Shown: positions 1-13,494, counted from the stretch's first letter. The stretch: 64,000 nucleotides of DNA from the human T2T-CHM13v2.0 reference genome, Homo sapiens (GCF_009914755.1 NC_060947.1); one strand, 5' to 3'. A program made the numbers and translations. Notes: generated by a model from the letters alone, not told the origin.

Positions 1-173
1 GATCTCACAAGTACTCACTCATGATTGTGAGTAGAGTACCAAGGGGATGGTGCTAAACCATTCATGAGAAAGCTGCCCCCATGATCAATCACCTCCCACC
101 AGGCCCCTCCTCCAACATTAGGGATTGCTATTCGACATGAGATTTAGTTGGGACACAGATACAAACCATATCA
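1..173 (-). mobile_element. MaLR LTR (MSTA/MSTB-like), cut by window edge
   Basis: Ends ...gagatttagttgggacacagatacaaaccatatca, the reverse complement of the MST LTR start tgatatggtttg; includes ggatggtgctaaaccattcatgag. Confidence 0.85.
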
Positions 174-2785
174 AAATATAACTATTAATATATATGCACC
201 CAATATTGGAGGAATTAAATATGTAAAACAAATGTTAAAGAAAATAAAGGGAGAAATAGATTGCAATACAATAGTAGTGACTTCAATATCTTACTTGCAA
301 CAATAAACAGATAATTCAGACAGAAAGTTAATACAACATTTGAATTGAACAACACTTTATAAAAAATGGACCTAACATACATATACAGAGCATTCTATCC
401 AAAACTACAGAAAATATATTTTTCTCAGGCACACATAGAACATTCTCCAAGATAGAAAACATGGTAAAACACAAAGCAAACTTCTGGAAATTTAAGAAAA
501 CTAAAATTATATCATTTATATTATCTGATTGCAATGGTACAAAACTAAAAATCAGTATCTGAAATTTTGATTTAAAAATACTTGGAAATTAAACAAAATG
601 CTTTTGAACAACCAATGGGTAAATGAAAAAATTAAAAGGGGAATTTAAAAAGTATCTTTAGATGGATGAAAATGAAAACACAACATATTAAACCTTATAT
701 GATACAGCAAAAGCTGTTTTAAGTAGAAAGTTGTCCAGGCATAGTAGCTCAAATTTGTAACCCCAGCCCTTTGGGAGGGTGAGGTGGGATGATTGCATGA
801 GCCCAGGAGTCCAAGACCAGCTGGGGCAAAAGAGTGAGACCCTGTCTCTACAATAATAATAATAGTAATAATAATAATAAATTAGCTTGATGTTGTGGCT
901 TAGGTCTGTAGTCTGAGCTACTTGGGGGCCTGAGGTAGGAGAATCATTTGATCCTGGGAAGTCGAGGCTTCCATGAGTCATGATCGTGCCACTCACTTCA
1001 GCCTGGGTGACAAAGTGAGACCGTACCTCAAAAATAAATAAATAATAAAATTTTATAGCAATAAACACTACATCAAAAAAGAAGAAATATATTTAAAAAC
1101 CTAATGTTACACCTCAAGAAACTAAAAACAGAACAAACAAATTTCAAAGATAGCAGGAGGAAGAAAATAATAATGGTCATAGCAGAAATAAATGAAATAG
1201 AGGTTAGAAAAACTATACAAGAAATAAAATGAACAGTTTTCTTGAAAAGATAAAAAATTGACAAAACTTTAACTAAGCTAAGAAATAAAAAAGTTTCAAG
1301 TAAATAAAATCACAAATGCAAAGGGAGACATTACAACTGATATCACAGAAATACAAAGCATTTTAAGAGACTACTATGAACAATTGTATGTCAACAAATT
1401 GGATAACCTAGAAGAAATAGATAAATTCCTGGACAGTTGAAACTTAGCAAGACTGTATCAAGAAGAAATAGAAAAACTAAACAGATCATTAGTGAGTAAG
1501 GAGATTGAAGCAGTAGCTAAAAGTCTCCCATGAAAGAGCAACTTAGGACCTGGTGGCTTCATTGCTAAATTTTAGCAAACATCTAATAAAGAATTAATAC
1601 CAGTCCTTCTCAAACTGTTCCAAAAAATCAAAGAGGATGGAATATTTTCATACTGTTTTTATCAAGCTAGCGTTACCCTGATACCAAAGCCAAACATGGA
1701 CATTATAAAAAAAGAAAATTACATATAGCCAAATTCAACAACACTTTAAAAAAATCCTTCATCATTATCAAGTGGGATTTGTCTCTGGAATGCAGAGATG
1801 CTTCAACATACACAAATAAATAAATATATCATATTAACAGAATGAAGGACAAAAACATAACATTTCATTATATGTAAAAATCATTTGACAACATTAAACA
1901 TCATTACATAATAACATCTCTTACCAAATTAGGTATAGAAGAAATTTATCTCAACACAATAAATACAATGTATGAGAAGCCCACAGCTAACATTATATTC
2001 AATGGTGAAAAACTGAAAGGCTTTCCTTTGAGACCTGGAACAACACAAGGATTTCCAATCCTGCCACTTCTATTCATCATAGTATTGGAAAACTACGCCA
2101 GAGCAGTTAGGTAAACTAAAGAAATATAAAGACTCCAAACTGGGAAGAAAGAAGTGAAGTTGTCACTATTTGCTGAAAACATAATCTTATAGATAGAAAA
2201 CCCTAAAGATTCTACCAAAAAAAGTCTTAGAACTGATAAATGAGTGCATTGCAGTTGTTGAATACAAAATAAACATGCACACATTTATAATGTTTTTATA
2301 CATTAACAATTAAGTATCTGAGAAAGAAGTGAGTGGAAAAATTATATTTATAATAGCTTCAAAAAAGATTCTTAGGAACAAATTTATCCAAGGAAGTTAA
2401 AGACCTTTAAACTGAAAATGATAAAACCTTGATGAAAGAAACTGATGATGACACAAATAAATTGATAGATATCCTATGTTTATGAATTGAATTGTTATGA
2501 ATTGAAAACAGATTTTTGAAATATCCGTAATATACAAAATGATTCACAGATTCAATGCAATATCTATCTAATACCCATGGAATTTTAAATAGAAATCTAT
2601 ACAAATTATACAATTCATATGAAGCCACCAAAAATTTCAAATAGCTAAGGCACAAAAAAAAGAACAAAACTTCAGGCATCACACTTCCAAATTTCAAACT
2701 ACACTATAAAGCTATAGTAATTAAAACAGCATGAAACTTCAACAAAACAGACACATCAGACAATGGAACACAATAGATAAGGACA
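174..2785 (+). mobile_element. Old L1 (L1M/L1MA-type) ORF2 fragment, EN through RT, degenerate; split by Alu at 733-1050
   Basis: L1 ORF2 landmarks: atatatgcacccaat, aagggagacattacaactgat, aaattggataacctagaagaaat, cccacagctaacattatattcaatggtgaaaaactgaaag; many stops and frameshifts. Confidence 0.9.
733..1050 (+). mobile_element. AluJ
   Basis: Dimeric Alu with J-type positions (tgagcccaggagt, gtgagaccctgtctctac, gtcgaggct...catgatcgtgcc), (TAA)n linker and A-rich tail. Confidence 0.9.
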
Positions 2786-2799
2786 TATATAGACAAACC

Positions 2800-3340
2800 T
2801 TATTTAAGCAATATGATCAAGGCCCACATCTACAAAAATAAATGGTGTTGATAGCATGTACTATTGATATGATGTGATGAAAATGGCACTTTACTTCTGT
2901 GATCTTCCTCTCAAAACCTATAAACCCTGTCTAACCATGAGAAAAATACAGTAAAACCTCACACTGAAGGACAACCTACAAAATACTTCATCAACATTTA
3001 TTAAACTCTCAAGCTAAAAGTAATAAAAGAGGAACTGAGAATCTGACACAGACAAGAGGAGTCTAAGAAGACACAATAACTAAATGTCATATGGTATCTA
3101 GATGGTATTCCAGGACACAAAAGGACATCAGATAAAAACAAAGGACAGTCAAACAAAGTATTGACTCTAGATAGTAATAGTGTAATAATATTTATTTGTT
3201 AGTTGTTACAAATGTATCATACAAATTTAAGATATTAGCAATAGGGAAAATTGGGTTCGAGGGACATAAAAACCATCTGTACTATTTTTGTGACTTATCT
3301 GTAAATCCAAAAATATTCCCAAGTGTTATTTGAAAACATA
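2800..3340 (+). mobile_element. L1MC/L1MD 3' UTR fragment
   Basis: atggcactttacttctgtgatcttcctctcaaaacc...aactaaatgtcatatggtatc...aaaaggacat; homologous to 63240-63600 in this window. Confidence 0.75.
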
Positions 3341-3344
3341 ATAG

Positions 3345-3826
3345 ACAGCATAGCTCAGATTCTTTACAGCTACAGTTTGGGATGAATATTTATTTCTGCT
3401 AATTAAATTTATTTATGTGTGATTTGGAAGGCTGAAGAGAGATAGAAGCCTTCTCATTACTGCTGAAGAACAGTTGTGGAGGTGTTATTTCGTCAGATGA
3501 TAATGGTACTGCTGGTGGTGGCAGTCACCTAATCTTACTTCTCTGTGTTCTCTGGAGTATAGCAAAAGTAAGGTATCGGTGAACAATTTCAGTGCAGGTT
3601 ACCTCGATCCTCACCTGTCTGATTATGACAGAAGTAACGGGTTAGCTATCTGGTAATTAGGTTTTCTGACATTGTTCTGGGTGTAGTTCCTGAAGTTCCA
3701 GTGGTTACCTAAGCATCAAGCCCTTCCAAAAATATATTAAGCACCTAGTTTCTTGTATTAAATATCTTTCAGCTGAAAATATCTCAATATTTTTCTTTTT
3801 TCTGTACCGGAAACTTGAGTGATACA
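3345..3826 (+). mobile_element. LTR33-like ERVL LTR
   Basis: agcccttccaaaaatatattaagcacctagtttcttgtattaaat...tgagtgataca resembles the LTR33 3' end; gatttggaaggctgaag upstream. Confidence 0.65.
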
Positions 3827-4529
3827 GGGTGTATTATAGTTGAAAAAGCAGTTGGTGGTTTCCCCTGCTGCATACATCTTCCCTGAAGAATAGGCAGCTT
3901 CTTTAGGTAATGGAATTTAAGGAGTGCTTGGAATAATCCTCTGTCTGATAAAATAGATTCCCTATGCATGATGAAGTGCCTGAAATTCTACCATTAGAGT
4001 TTCTTATTATTTTTAGTTCCATTGTGACCACTTAGTACATAAGTATTTTAGCTGCAATTTAGTAACATATTAGTCAGGATTAGTTAAGAGCTTCGAAAGA
4101 GCAATTTCATTGAAGAGCACCTTCAGAAATAAAAATGTCATGAAAGGTAGATGGATACTGAAGTGGAAGGCTGAATGCTATAAGGACCAACTTGCCCCCT
4201 TACAATTTCATTGAAAGGTAGTTCACCTAACATTTAAAGTATGAATTAGAAATCAAGTGCATTCCCCATATAGCTGCATGATTTAGTATTCTAGGCCTCA
4301 CTGAGAATGCTAATACAACAAAGAAATAGGAGAAAAATGTGAGATGAAGTTGCATAGAATATATACCTAATACTTAGTGCTAATCTTCAAAAACACACAT
4401 TTTTCATGACCATTCCTCTCCTTTTTAGGCATATTGTGATGGTTAAGTGAAATAAAATAATCTTTAAACTGATTTCAATATCAAAATGTGACTCTTATTG
4501 ACAAATTTTTTTTCAAGGTATTTTTCATA

Positions 4530-4680
4530 ATATGCGCAATTCAGTATATGTTTATTGTATAACTACAAAATGCCAGTGCTAAGTGTTAGGGATATCAAAA
4601 TAAATTAGACATGGCCCTTGTTCTTTATGTTAAAGAGACAGGCATATGGACCACCAACTTAAATAGACTAACAAGCAAGC
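4530..4680 (-). mobile_element. L2 3' end fragment
   Basis: attcagtatatgtttattg...tgccagtgctaagtgttagggata...agacatggcccttg resembles the reverse L2 tail. Confidence 0.55.
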
Positions 4681-4704
4681 AAGAAGTGTGTGAACTATTT
4701 TTTA

Positions 4705-5400
4705 TAAGGATTGCAGGCTCTGCACAATCTAAATTTCTTTCTTTTTCTTTTCTTTTCTTTTCTTTTGTTTTGTTTTGAAACAAAAAATGAGTCTCTATCA
4801 CACAGGCTGGAGTCCAGTGGCAACTGCAACCTCTGCCTCCCTGGTTTAAGTGATTCTCATGCCTCAGACTCCCAATTAGCTAGGATTACAGGCATGTGTC
4901 ATGACACCCGGTTAATTTTTGTATTTTTAGCAGAGATGGGGTTTCACCATGTTAGCCAAGCTAGTCTCGAACTCTTGGCCTCAAGTGATCCACTGGCCTC
5001 AGCCTCCCAAAGTGCTGGGATTACAGGTGTCAGCCACTGTGTCCGGCCTAACCTAGATTTCTTATAGTTCTCTGATTTGATTTCCTCTATTATGATTCTC
5101 ATTTCATTCTCCAAGATACAGACTTTCTGCACCTCTTGATGTTCCTTGAAACTGAGAAGCCTATTCTCACTTCAATCTTTTTGGATTTGTTATTTCCTAT
5201 ATAGAAAATGTTCTCCTTTTTTACTTCATTTGGCTGGTTCAAAAAATATAACTTACTCAGAGAATCCTTTCTTGATTATGCTATAAAAAACTCTGCCATT
5301 CTCATCAGTCTTTTTCCTTCATCCTCTTTCATTTATACTTGATAATGCTTATCAATAATGGGCGTTTATTTTATATGCTTTAATTTTATAAATTAAATTT
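4705..5400 (+). mobile_element. L2 fragment (split by Alu; its terminal part appears to resume at 25128)
   Basis: gttccttgaa...ttctcacttca...ttgttatttcctat...gaaaatgttctc...tactcagagaatcctttcttga is a degenerate L2 3' region. Confidence 0.55.
4740..5048 (-). mobile_element. AluS (Sx/Sz-like)
   Basis: T-rich tail, full dimer ending ccggcc; TSD aatctaaatttctt (4726-4739) / aacctagatttctt (5050-5063). Confidence 0.92.
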
Positions 5401-5410
5401 GTTCTAGGAA

Positions 5411-5790
5411 AATTTTTTTTAATTTTTAATTTTTAACTATTATATGTACATAATAGATGTTTATATTTATGGGACACAGGTGATGTTTTGATACAGACAT
5501 ACAGTGTGTAATAATCAAATCAGGATAATTGGGATATCCATCATCTCAAGCATTTATTATTTCTTTATGTTAGAAATATTCTAATTTTACTTTTTAGTTA
5601 TTTTTACATTTGCAATTAATTATTGTTGACTATAGTTACCCTGTTGTGCTTGCAACTACTAGACCTTAATCATTCTATATAACTATATTTTTGCACCCAT
5701 TAATAACATACAATTCCCCCCCGTAATGTTCCAAGCCTCTGAAAACTGGAATTCTATTTTCTATCTCCATGAGTTCAATTGTTTTAATTT
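5411..5790 (-). mobile_element. L1MA (L1MA3-5-like) 3' terminal ~380 bp
   Basis: tttttaatttttaa...tacataatagatgtttatatttatggga...ctatctccatgagttcaattg; inverted homolog of 23255-23630. Confidence 0.85.
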
Positions 5791-5791
5791 T

Positions 5792-6735
5792 ATCCTAGAA
5801 TACTATATACAGTGAAAATATCCTGCAATCTATAAATATGAGAAATAAAGTCTTTCCCAGAAAAATAAAATCTTACGGATTTTGTCAACACCAGGCCTGT
5901 CCTAGAAGAAATGCCAAAGGGAGATCTTCAATCTGAAAGAAAAGGTCGTCAGCAAGCAATATGAAATCATTTGAAGGTATAAAGCTTACTGGTAAAACTA
6001 AGTAAAAAGACAAATACAGAATAACACTGTAATTGTGTGTAACCCACTAATATTTTGAGTAGAAAGACTAAAAGACAAACGTATCAAAAATAATAGCTAC
6101 AAAAACATTTTAAATGCTAGAAAGTAAAATAGAAATAAGACACCAAAAAAAGTTAAAATACGAGGGAGTGAGTTTAAAGGTAGAGGGTTTTTTTAAATTT
6201 TCTTTTCAATGGTTTGCTTGTTTGTTGTTGATGTTTTTATCAGAGTTCAGTTGTAATCAGTTTAAAATAATTGATTATAAGATGTTATTTTAAAGCCTCA
6301 TGGTAACCTCAAATCAAAACACCTAAAAAAGATACACACAAAAAAAGCAAAACAATTAAAACATACTACCAGAGAAAATCACTTTTACACAATGGAATAC
6401 AGGTATGAAGAAAGGAAGAGATTACTACAAAACAATCTGGAAAGAAATGACAAAATAGAAATAATCAGTATTTTTGTATGAGTAATAGCATTGAATTAAA
6501 ATAGACCACATTTTGCAATCAAAAGATATTGAGTGGCTTAATGGATTAAAAAGACACATGACCCAAATATATGCTGCCTATAATAAACTCATTTCACCTA
6601 TAAAGACATACATAGAATAAAAAGGGGATGATTAAAGATATTCGATGCAAATGGAAACCAAAAAGGAATAAGACTGGCTACAGTTGTAAGAGGTAAAATA
6701 TATTTAAAGACACAAATAAACAAACTAAATCATTA
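5792..6735 (+). mobile_element. L1M ORF1 C-terminus, inter-ORF and ORF2 start
   Basis: tcaacaccaggcctgtcctagaagaaatgccaaaggga; tcaaaagatattgagtggcttaatggattaaaa; gcaaatggaaaccaaaaa. Confidence 0.8.
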
Positions 6736-6739
6736 TAAA

Positions 6740-8237
6740 ATATGAAACAGCAAAAACATACACATAGACCAACAGAACAGAATAGAGACCCCTGAAATAA
6801 AGCTGCACAACTACAACCAACTAATGTTCTACAAAGTTTACAAAAATAAACAATAGGAAAAGAATATCTTATTAAGTAAATGTTGCTAGAAAAACTATCT
6901 ATATGGAGAAGAATAAAATTGGACCTTGACCTCTCACTATATATAAAAATTAACTCAAGATGGATTAAAGCCTTAAATATAAGACCTCCAGCTATAAAAA
7001 TCCTAGAAGAAAACCTAAAAAACAGCCTTCTAGTCATAGGCCTAAGCAAAAATTTTATGGCAAAGATGCCAAAAGCAATTGCAACAAAAAAAAATTGATA
7101 AGTGGGACCTAATTAAACTAAAGAGCTTCTATGCAGCAATATAAACTATCAGCAATTTAAAGAAACAACCTACAGAATGGCAGAAAATGTTTGGAAACTA
7201 TCCATCCAACAAAGGTATAATATCCAGACTCTATGAGGAACAAACTAATAATCAACAAGAAAACAATCCCATAAAAAAGTGGGCAGAGGACATGAACAGA
7301 CATTTTTCAAAAGAAGACATGCATAACAAGCCAACAAGGCATGTGAAAAAATGTTCAATATGACTAATAACTAGAGAAATGCAAAACAAATCTGCAATGA
7401 GATACCATCTCATACGAGTCAGAATGGCTATTATTAAAAAGTCAAAAATTAACAGATGCAGGTAAGGTTGTAGAGAAAAGAGAATGCTGATGGGGATGTA
7501 AATTAGTTTAGCTATTGTGGAAAGCAGTGCAATGATTTCTCAAATAACTCAAAGCAGAATTAACTTTCTACTGAGAAATTCCATTACTGGGTATATAGTC
7601 AAAGGAATATAAATTGTTCTACCATAAAGATGCATGCACTTTTATATTCATCTCAGTACTATTCTCAATAGCAAAGACATGGAATCTACTTAAATGTCCA
7701 TCAATGGTAGACTGGATAAAGAAAGTGTGGTACATATCCACCATGGAATACTATGCAGCCATAAAAAGAATGAGATTATGTCCCATGTGGCAAAACATGG
7801 ATGAAGCTGGAGGTCATTATCCTAAGTAAACTAATACAGAAATAGAAAACCAAATACTGCATGTTCTCACTTATCAGTGGGAGCTAAACACTGAGTACAC
7901 ATGGAAACAAGGAAGTGAACAGATACCTGGGTGTACTTGAGGGTGGAGGTCGGGAGGAGAGAGAGGATTGAGAAACTAGCTATTGAGTATGATACTTATT
8001 ACCTTGCAACTAATATGTATACTAAATCCCCAGGACAAAAGAATTTATCTATATCACAAACCTGCACTTGTATGCCTGAAACTAAAATAAAAGTTTAAAA
8101 AAAAAGAGAAAAATTACAAATTAGGGATGATGTTTTCTACTTGGGCAAAGGGATCCTTAGAAGCACAAACCTCAGCACCTTGCAATATACTCTTGTAACA
8201 AACTTGCACATATATACCCTGAATCTACCACAAAAAA
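6740..8237 (+). mobile_element. 5'-truncated L1PA15-17/L1PB 3' end with poly(A) at ~8100, followed by a second short L1PB-like tail (8110-8237)
   Basis: ORF2 C-terminal sequence (MLLEKLSIWRRIKLDLDLSLYIKINSRWIK), 3' UTR catgttctcacttatcagtgggagctaaac, and aataaaagtttaaaaaaaa. Confidence 0.8.
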
Positions 8238-8239
8238 CA

Positions 8240-10250
8240 TCACTTGGCATAAACAAGTAGGATTAATTTCAGGGATGCAGGAATGCTTCAACATATGCAA
8301 ATCAATAAGTGTGATACATTATATCAGTAGAATTAAGAAGAAAATCATGTGATCATTTAAATTCATGCCTAAAAATATTTTATAAAATTCAACACTTCTT
8401 TATAATAAAAACTCTCAAAATATTAGGCATAAAATAAACAGACATTAATACAATAAAAGCAATATGACAGACTCACAGTTTGCTATCTTACCAAAGATTT
8501 AAAAAACGCTGAAACCCTTTCTCTTAAGATCTGGAACAAGATAAGATTGCTCACTTTTACCATTGTTATTATAGCTATAATGAGAAGTCCTAGAGAATGC
8601 AGTTAGATAAAAGAAAGAAGTGCATACACACTGGAATATTAGTCATAAAATTATTCCTGTTTTCAGATGATATAATCTTATGTCTAGATGAACCTAAAGT
8701 CTCCACCAAAAAACTTTTAGAACTAACAAGCAAATTCAGTAGAGTTGCAGAGTAAACAATCAACATACAAAAATTACTATTATTTCTGGAAGCCATTAGC
8801 AAACAACCTGAAAAATAAATCAAGAAAGTAATCCCATTTACAATAGCTACAAATTAAATGAATTACCTAGGAATAAACTTAACTGAAGTAAAAGATCTCT
8901 ACAATGAAAACTGTAAAACATGGATGACACATATTGGGAAAGATATAAAAATATATTTTTTTCTGTTCATGTATTGAAAGTATAAATATTGTTAACATGT
9001 TGATGCTACTCAAATCTATCTACAGATTCAATGCAATTCTTATCAAAATACTAATAATAGAGTATTTAGGGTTTTCTAGGTATAATTATATTATCAGTGA
9101 ACAGACAATTTGGCTTCCTCTTTTCCATTTTGGATGCCTTTTATTTTATTTCTGTCACCTAGTTGCCACGACGAGGACTTCCAGTAATATGCTGAATATG
9201 AATTGTAAAAGTAGGCATCCTTGTTTTGTTCCACTTCTTAGAGAAAAGTGGGACAAAATAATATGTATACATATAGTATATATATTATATATATAGAGAG
9301 TGTATATATTATATATATAGAGAGAATATATATATAGTAACCAAAAAGAATGTATATATCGTATGTATCGTATATATATTGTGTATATATTATATACATA
9401 TTATACTGGTATTATACCAGTACCATTCTGTTTTGGTTACTATATATACACTATATATAGTGTTTATGTACATATACTCTCTCTATATATAGTGTGTGTG
9501 TATATATATATAGTCTATATATATATATATAGTATATATATACATATACACTATATATATATGTGTGTGTGTGTATATATATATGGGCCAGAATAAAGAC
9601 TCCAGAAAAAAAGACACATATCTACAGCCAACGAATTAACTAATCTTTGTCAAAATCAACAAGAACATACACTGGGGAAAGAACACTGTTTTTAATAAAT
9701 AGTGCTTTGAAAATTGGATTACCATATGCAAAAGAATAAAATTGGATCACTGTCTCCTACCATATACAAAAATAATCTAAAAATGAGTTAAAGACTTGAA
9801 TGTATGATCTGAAAGCATAAAAATCCCGGAAGAAAACCTAGGGAACATTCTTGAAGCCATTGGTCTAGGCAAACAATTCATGACTAAGACCTCTAAAACA
9901 GAGGCATCAAAAACAAAAATAGACAAATTGGGCTTAAATTAAAAAAAAAACTTCTGGACAGGAAAAAATAATCAACAGAGTAAACAGACAACCTCTGGAG
10001 TGGGAGAAAATACACAAAAACAATACATGGTTATTAAAAATTACTCAACATCACTAAGCATCAGAGAAATGTTAGTTAAAACAACAATGAGATATCATTT
10101 TACACCAGTCAGGTTACTTAGTATTAAAAAAAACATAACATGTGGATGAGTATGCAGAAAAAATTGAACTTTTACACACGGCTTCTTGGACATCTGTTTG
10201 TCTTCTGAAAAATGTAAATCATATTCTTAGCCCACAGAATGAAAGAAAAT
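8240..10250 (+). mobile_element. L1 ORF2 mosaic with inverted pieces (9058-9245, 10180-10235) and a TA-rich tract
   Basis: RT-region sequence (tttcagatgatataatctta = F[S]DDII) on + with short reverse-complement L1 segments. Confidence 0.8.
9260..9583. repeat. (TA)n-rich low-complexity tract with an internal fold-back
   Basis: TA/TG dinucleotide runs visible directly. Confidence 0.9.
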
Positions 10251-10622
10251 TGTATTAGTTAATTATTACACTGCTAATAAAGACATAGCAAGACTGGGTA
10301 ATTTATAAAAGAAAGAGGTTTAATTGACTCACAATTCAGCAAGGCTGGGGAGGCTTCAGGGAAGTTATAATCATGGCAGAAGGGGAAGCAAACACGTCCT
10401 TCTTCATATGGTGGCAGGAAAGAGGAGTGCAGAGTGAAGTGGTGGGAAGCTCCTTATGAAACCATCAGATCTTGTGAGAATATACCCACTATCACAAGAA
10501 TAGCATAGGGAAAACTGCCCCCATTATTCAAGTACCTTCCACCAGGTCTTTTCCATGACGTGGGGATTATGAAACTACAATTCAAGGTGAGATTTGGATG
10601 GGGACACAACCAAACCATATCA
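10251..10622 (-). mobile_element. THE1 (C/D-like) 3' LTR
   Basis: tgtattagt...gaggtttaattgactcac...caaaccatatca. Confidence 0.92.
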
Positions 10623-12209
10623 TTCCTCCCTGGCCACTCCCAAATCTCATTTCCTCACATTTGAAAACACAACGATGCCTTTCCAACAGTCTCCCAAAGT
10701 CTTAACTCATTCCAGCATCAACCCAAAATTTCAAGTCCAAGGTCTCATCTCAAACAAGGCAAGTTTCTTCTGCCTATGAACCTGCAAAATCAAAACCAAG
10801 TTAGTTACTTCCTGGATACAATGGGGGTACAGGCATTGGGTAAATACATTAGCTTTAAATGGGAGAAATTTGCCAAAACAAAGGGATCACAGACCCCATG
10901 CAAGTCTGAAACCTAACGAGGCAGTCATTAAACCTTAAAATTCCACAATGATCTCCTTTGACCCCATGTTTCATATCCAGGTCACACTGATGCAAGAGGT
11001 AGGCTCCTACAGCCTTGGGCAGCTCCATCCCTGTGGCTTTGCAGGAAAAACCCTCCTCCTGGCAGCTTTCACAGGTTGTCATTGAGTGTCGGTGGCTTTT
11101 CTAGATGAACAGTGCAAGCTGTCAGTGGATCTACCATTCTGGGTTCTGGAGGATGGTGGCCCTCTTCTCACAGCTCCACTAGGTAGTGCTCAAGTGGGGA
11201 CTCTACATAGGGCCTCTGACCCCACATTTCACTTCTGCACTTCCCTAGCAGAGGTTCCCCATGAAGGCTTCATCCCTGCAACAATCTTCTGCATGGAAAT
11301 CCAGGCCTTTTTATACATCCTCTGAAATCTAGTTGGAGTTTCCCAAACCTCAATTGTGGACTTCTGTGCGCTTGCAAGCTCAACACTACATGGAAGTTGC
11401 CAGTGCTTGGGTCTTGAATCCTCTGAAGCAATGGCCTGAACTCTATGTTGGCTTCTTTTAGCTACAGCTTTAGTAGCTGGGATGCAAGGCCCCAGGTCCC
11501 AAGCCTGCACACAGCAGAGAAGCCCTGGACCCAGCCCAGAAAACCATTTTTTTCTCCTAGGCCTCTGGGCCTGTTATGGGAGGGGCTGCTGTTAAAGTCT
11601 CTGACTGCCCCCAGAGACATTTTCCCTATTGTCTTGGTGTTTAACATTTGACTCCTTGTTACTTATGCAAATTTCTGCAGCAGGCTTTATTTTCTCCCCA
11701 GAAGATGGGCTTTTCTTTTCTGTTGCATTGTCAGGCTGCAAATTTTTCAAACTTTTATGCTCTGCTTCCTCTTGAAAGCTTTGCTGCTTAGAACTTTCTT
11801 TTGTCAGATAGTCTCAATCATCTCTCCCAAGTTCAAAGTTCCATGGATCTCTAGGCAGGGGCAAAATGCCACCAGTCTCTTTGCATTGAAAGAGTGCCCT
11901 TTACTCCAGTTCTCAACAAGTTCCTAATCTCCATCTGAGACCACCTCAGCCCGGACTTTATTTTCTGTATCACTCTCAACATTTCAGTCAAAGCTGTTTA
12001 ACAAGTCTTTAGCAAGCTCCAGACTTTTCCACATCTTCCTATCTTCTAGGCCTCCAAGTCTCCAAGAAATTCCAAACTTTCCCACATTTTTCCATCTTCT
12101 TCTGAGCCTTCCAAACTGTTCCAACCTGTGCCTGTTACCCAGTTTCAAAGTTGCTTCCGCATTTTTGGGTATCTTTACAGCAACGCCCCACTACCCAGTA
12201 CCATTTTAC
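10623..12209 (-). mobile_element. THE1 internal region (~1.6 kb)
   Basis: Typical MaLR-int text (cccaaagtcttaactcattccagcat, ggaggatggtggccctcttctcacagctccactagg); homologous to 52358-53967. Confidence 0.92.
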
Positions 12210-12457
12210 TGTATTAGTCCATTCTCATGGTGCTAATAAAGACATACATGACATTGGCTAATTTATAAAGAGGTTTAATTGACTCAAAGTTCTGCAGGGC
12301 TGGAGAGGCCTCAGGAAACTTATAATCATGGTGGAAGGGAAAGCAAACATTTCCTTCTTCACATGATGCAGGAATGAGAAGTACAGAGCAAAGGGGGGGA
12401 AGCCCCTTATAAAACCATCAGCTCTCATAAAAACTAACTCACTATCATGAGAATGGC
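12210..12457 (-). mobile_element. THE1 5' LTR, left part (interrupted by MER52 provirus)
   Basis: Aligns with 10251-10505 up to cactatcatgagaa; the remainder is at 22479-22598. Confidence 0.9.
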
Positions 12458-13047
12458 CATACAAGGTCTTTGGGGTGTCACTTTTCTGGCAAGAAACCTG
12501 TGGCCAGTTGCACCTTTGCCTGAGTCTTGCTAGAGCCCACTGGGCTTGTTCCACCCACTTGGCCTGACAGGCTGTGCTCAGTTCACACTACCGACCTGCA
12601 TCTGACACCTCCAAGGGAGACTGTAAGTCAGGCATGGAGTGGTGAGGGGTGTGTGAGTAAGTGTGGTGTCGGGGCAGTACAGTCAGACACACCGGCTGCT
12701 GCCATGGGGTGGGCAGCCCCAGGTGCTGGCATGGGTGCCAGCTCTTTGTGAGGCTGCAGCTGGACCAGGTGCATGACAAGCAGAATCCCTGGCTGGCACC
12801 AGGGAAGGCAGTGGTGCCTAAAAGCTTGGAGACACCAGTAACTGCAGGGCCCCAAAGAGAAAGTCACAGCCCTGGCTTGGGGAGCTCCCAGGTTTGGGTT
12901 TCTCATAGGGCCACAGGTCTTCTCTCCTTCTCTTCACCTGCAATGTGGCAAGCAAGGGACATGTTTTAGCCCTGTTTGTGTTACAGCTCTTTTAGCCTCA
13001 CCATTTAGTGGGTCCTGAGTTCTTGTCCTGTGACCAGGAAGAATGAG

Positions 13048-13408
13048 TGATATGGTTGGCTAAGTCCCTACCCAAATCTCACCTTGAATTATAACTCCCA
13101 TAATTTTCACATGTTGTGGGAGGGACCTGGTGAGAGATAATTAAATCAATGGGATGGTTTTCTCCAATCTGTTCTCATGATAGTGAAAAAGTCTCACAAG
13201 ATCTGATGGTTTTATAAGGGGAAACCCTTTTCACTCGGCTCTCATTATCTCTTGCCTGTCACCATGTAAGATGTGCCTTTCACCTTTCACCATGCTTGTG
13301 AGCCCTCCCCGGCCACATGAAAGAGTAAGTTCATTATACCTCTTTTTCTTTACCAATCACCCAGTCTCATATATGTCTTTATCAGCAGTGTGAAAGCAAA
13401 CTAATACA
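13048..13408 (+). mobile_element. THE1B-like solo LTR
   Basis: tgatatggtt...ctaataca with a perfect 5-bp TSD atgag (13043-13047 / 13409-13413). Confidence 0.93.
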
Positions 13409-13494
13409 ATGAGGTATGTGGAAAAGTAGAGGGTAAGCAAGACAAAGAGGAGCTTTATTGAACAATAGAACAACTCAGAGAAGACCCAAAGTGG

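Noticed and set aside
4711-5132. Alu-derived ORFs (also 688-1068, 44601-44916, 54373-54844, 56698-57045)
   Set aside because: Generic Alu translations without evidence of exonisation.
13304-13316. PRDM9 hotspot motif in THE1B
   Set aside because: Reads cctccccggccac; it lacks the T at position 7 of CCNCCNTNNCCNC.
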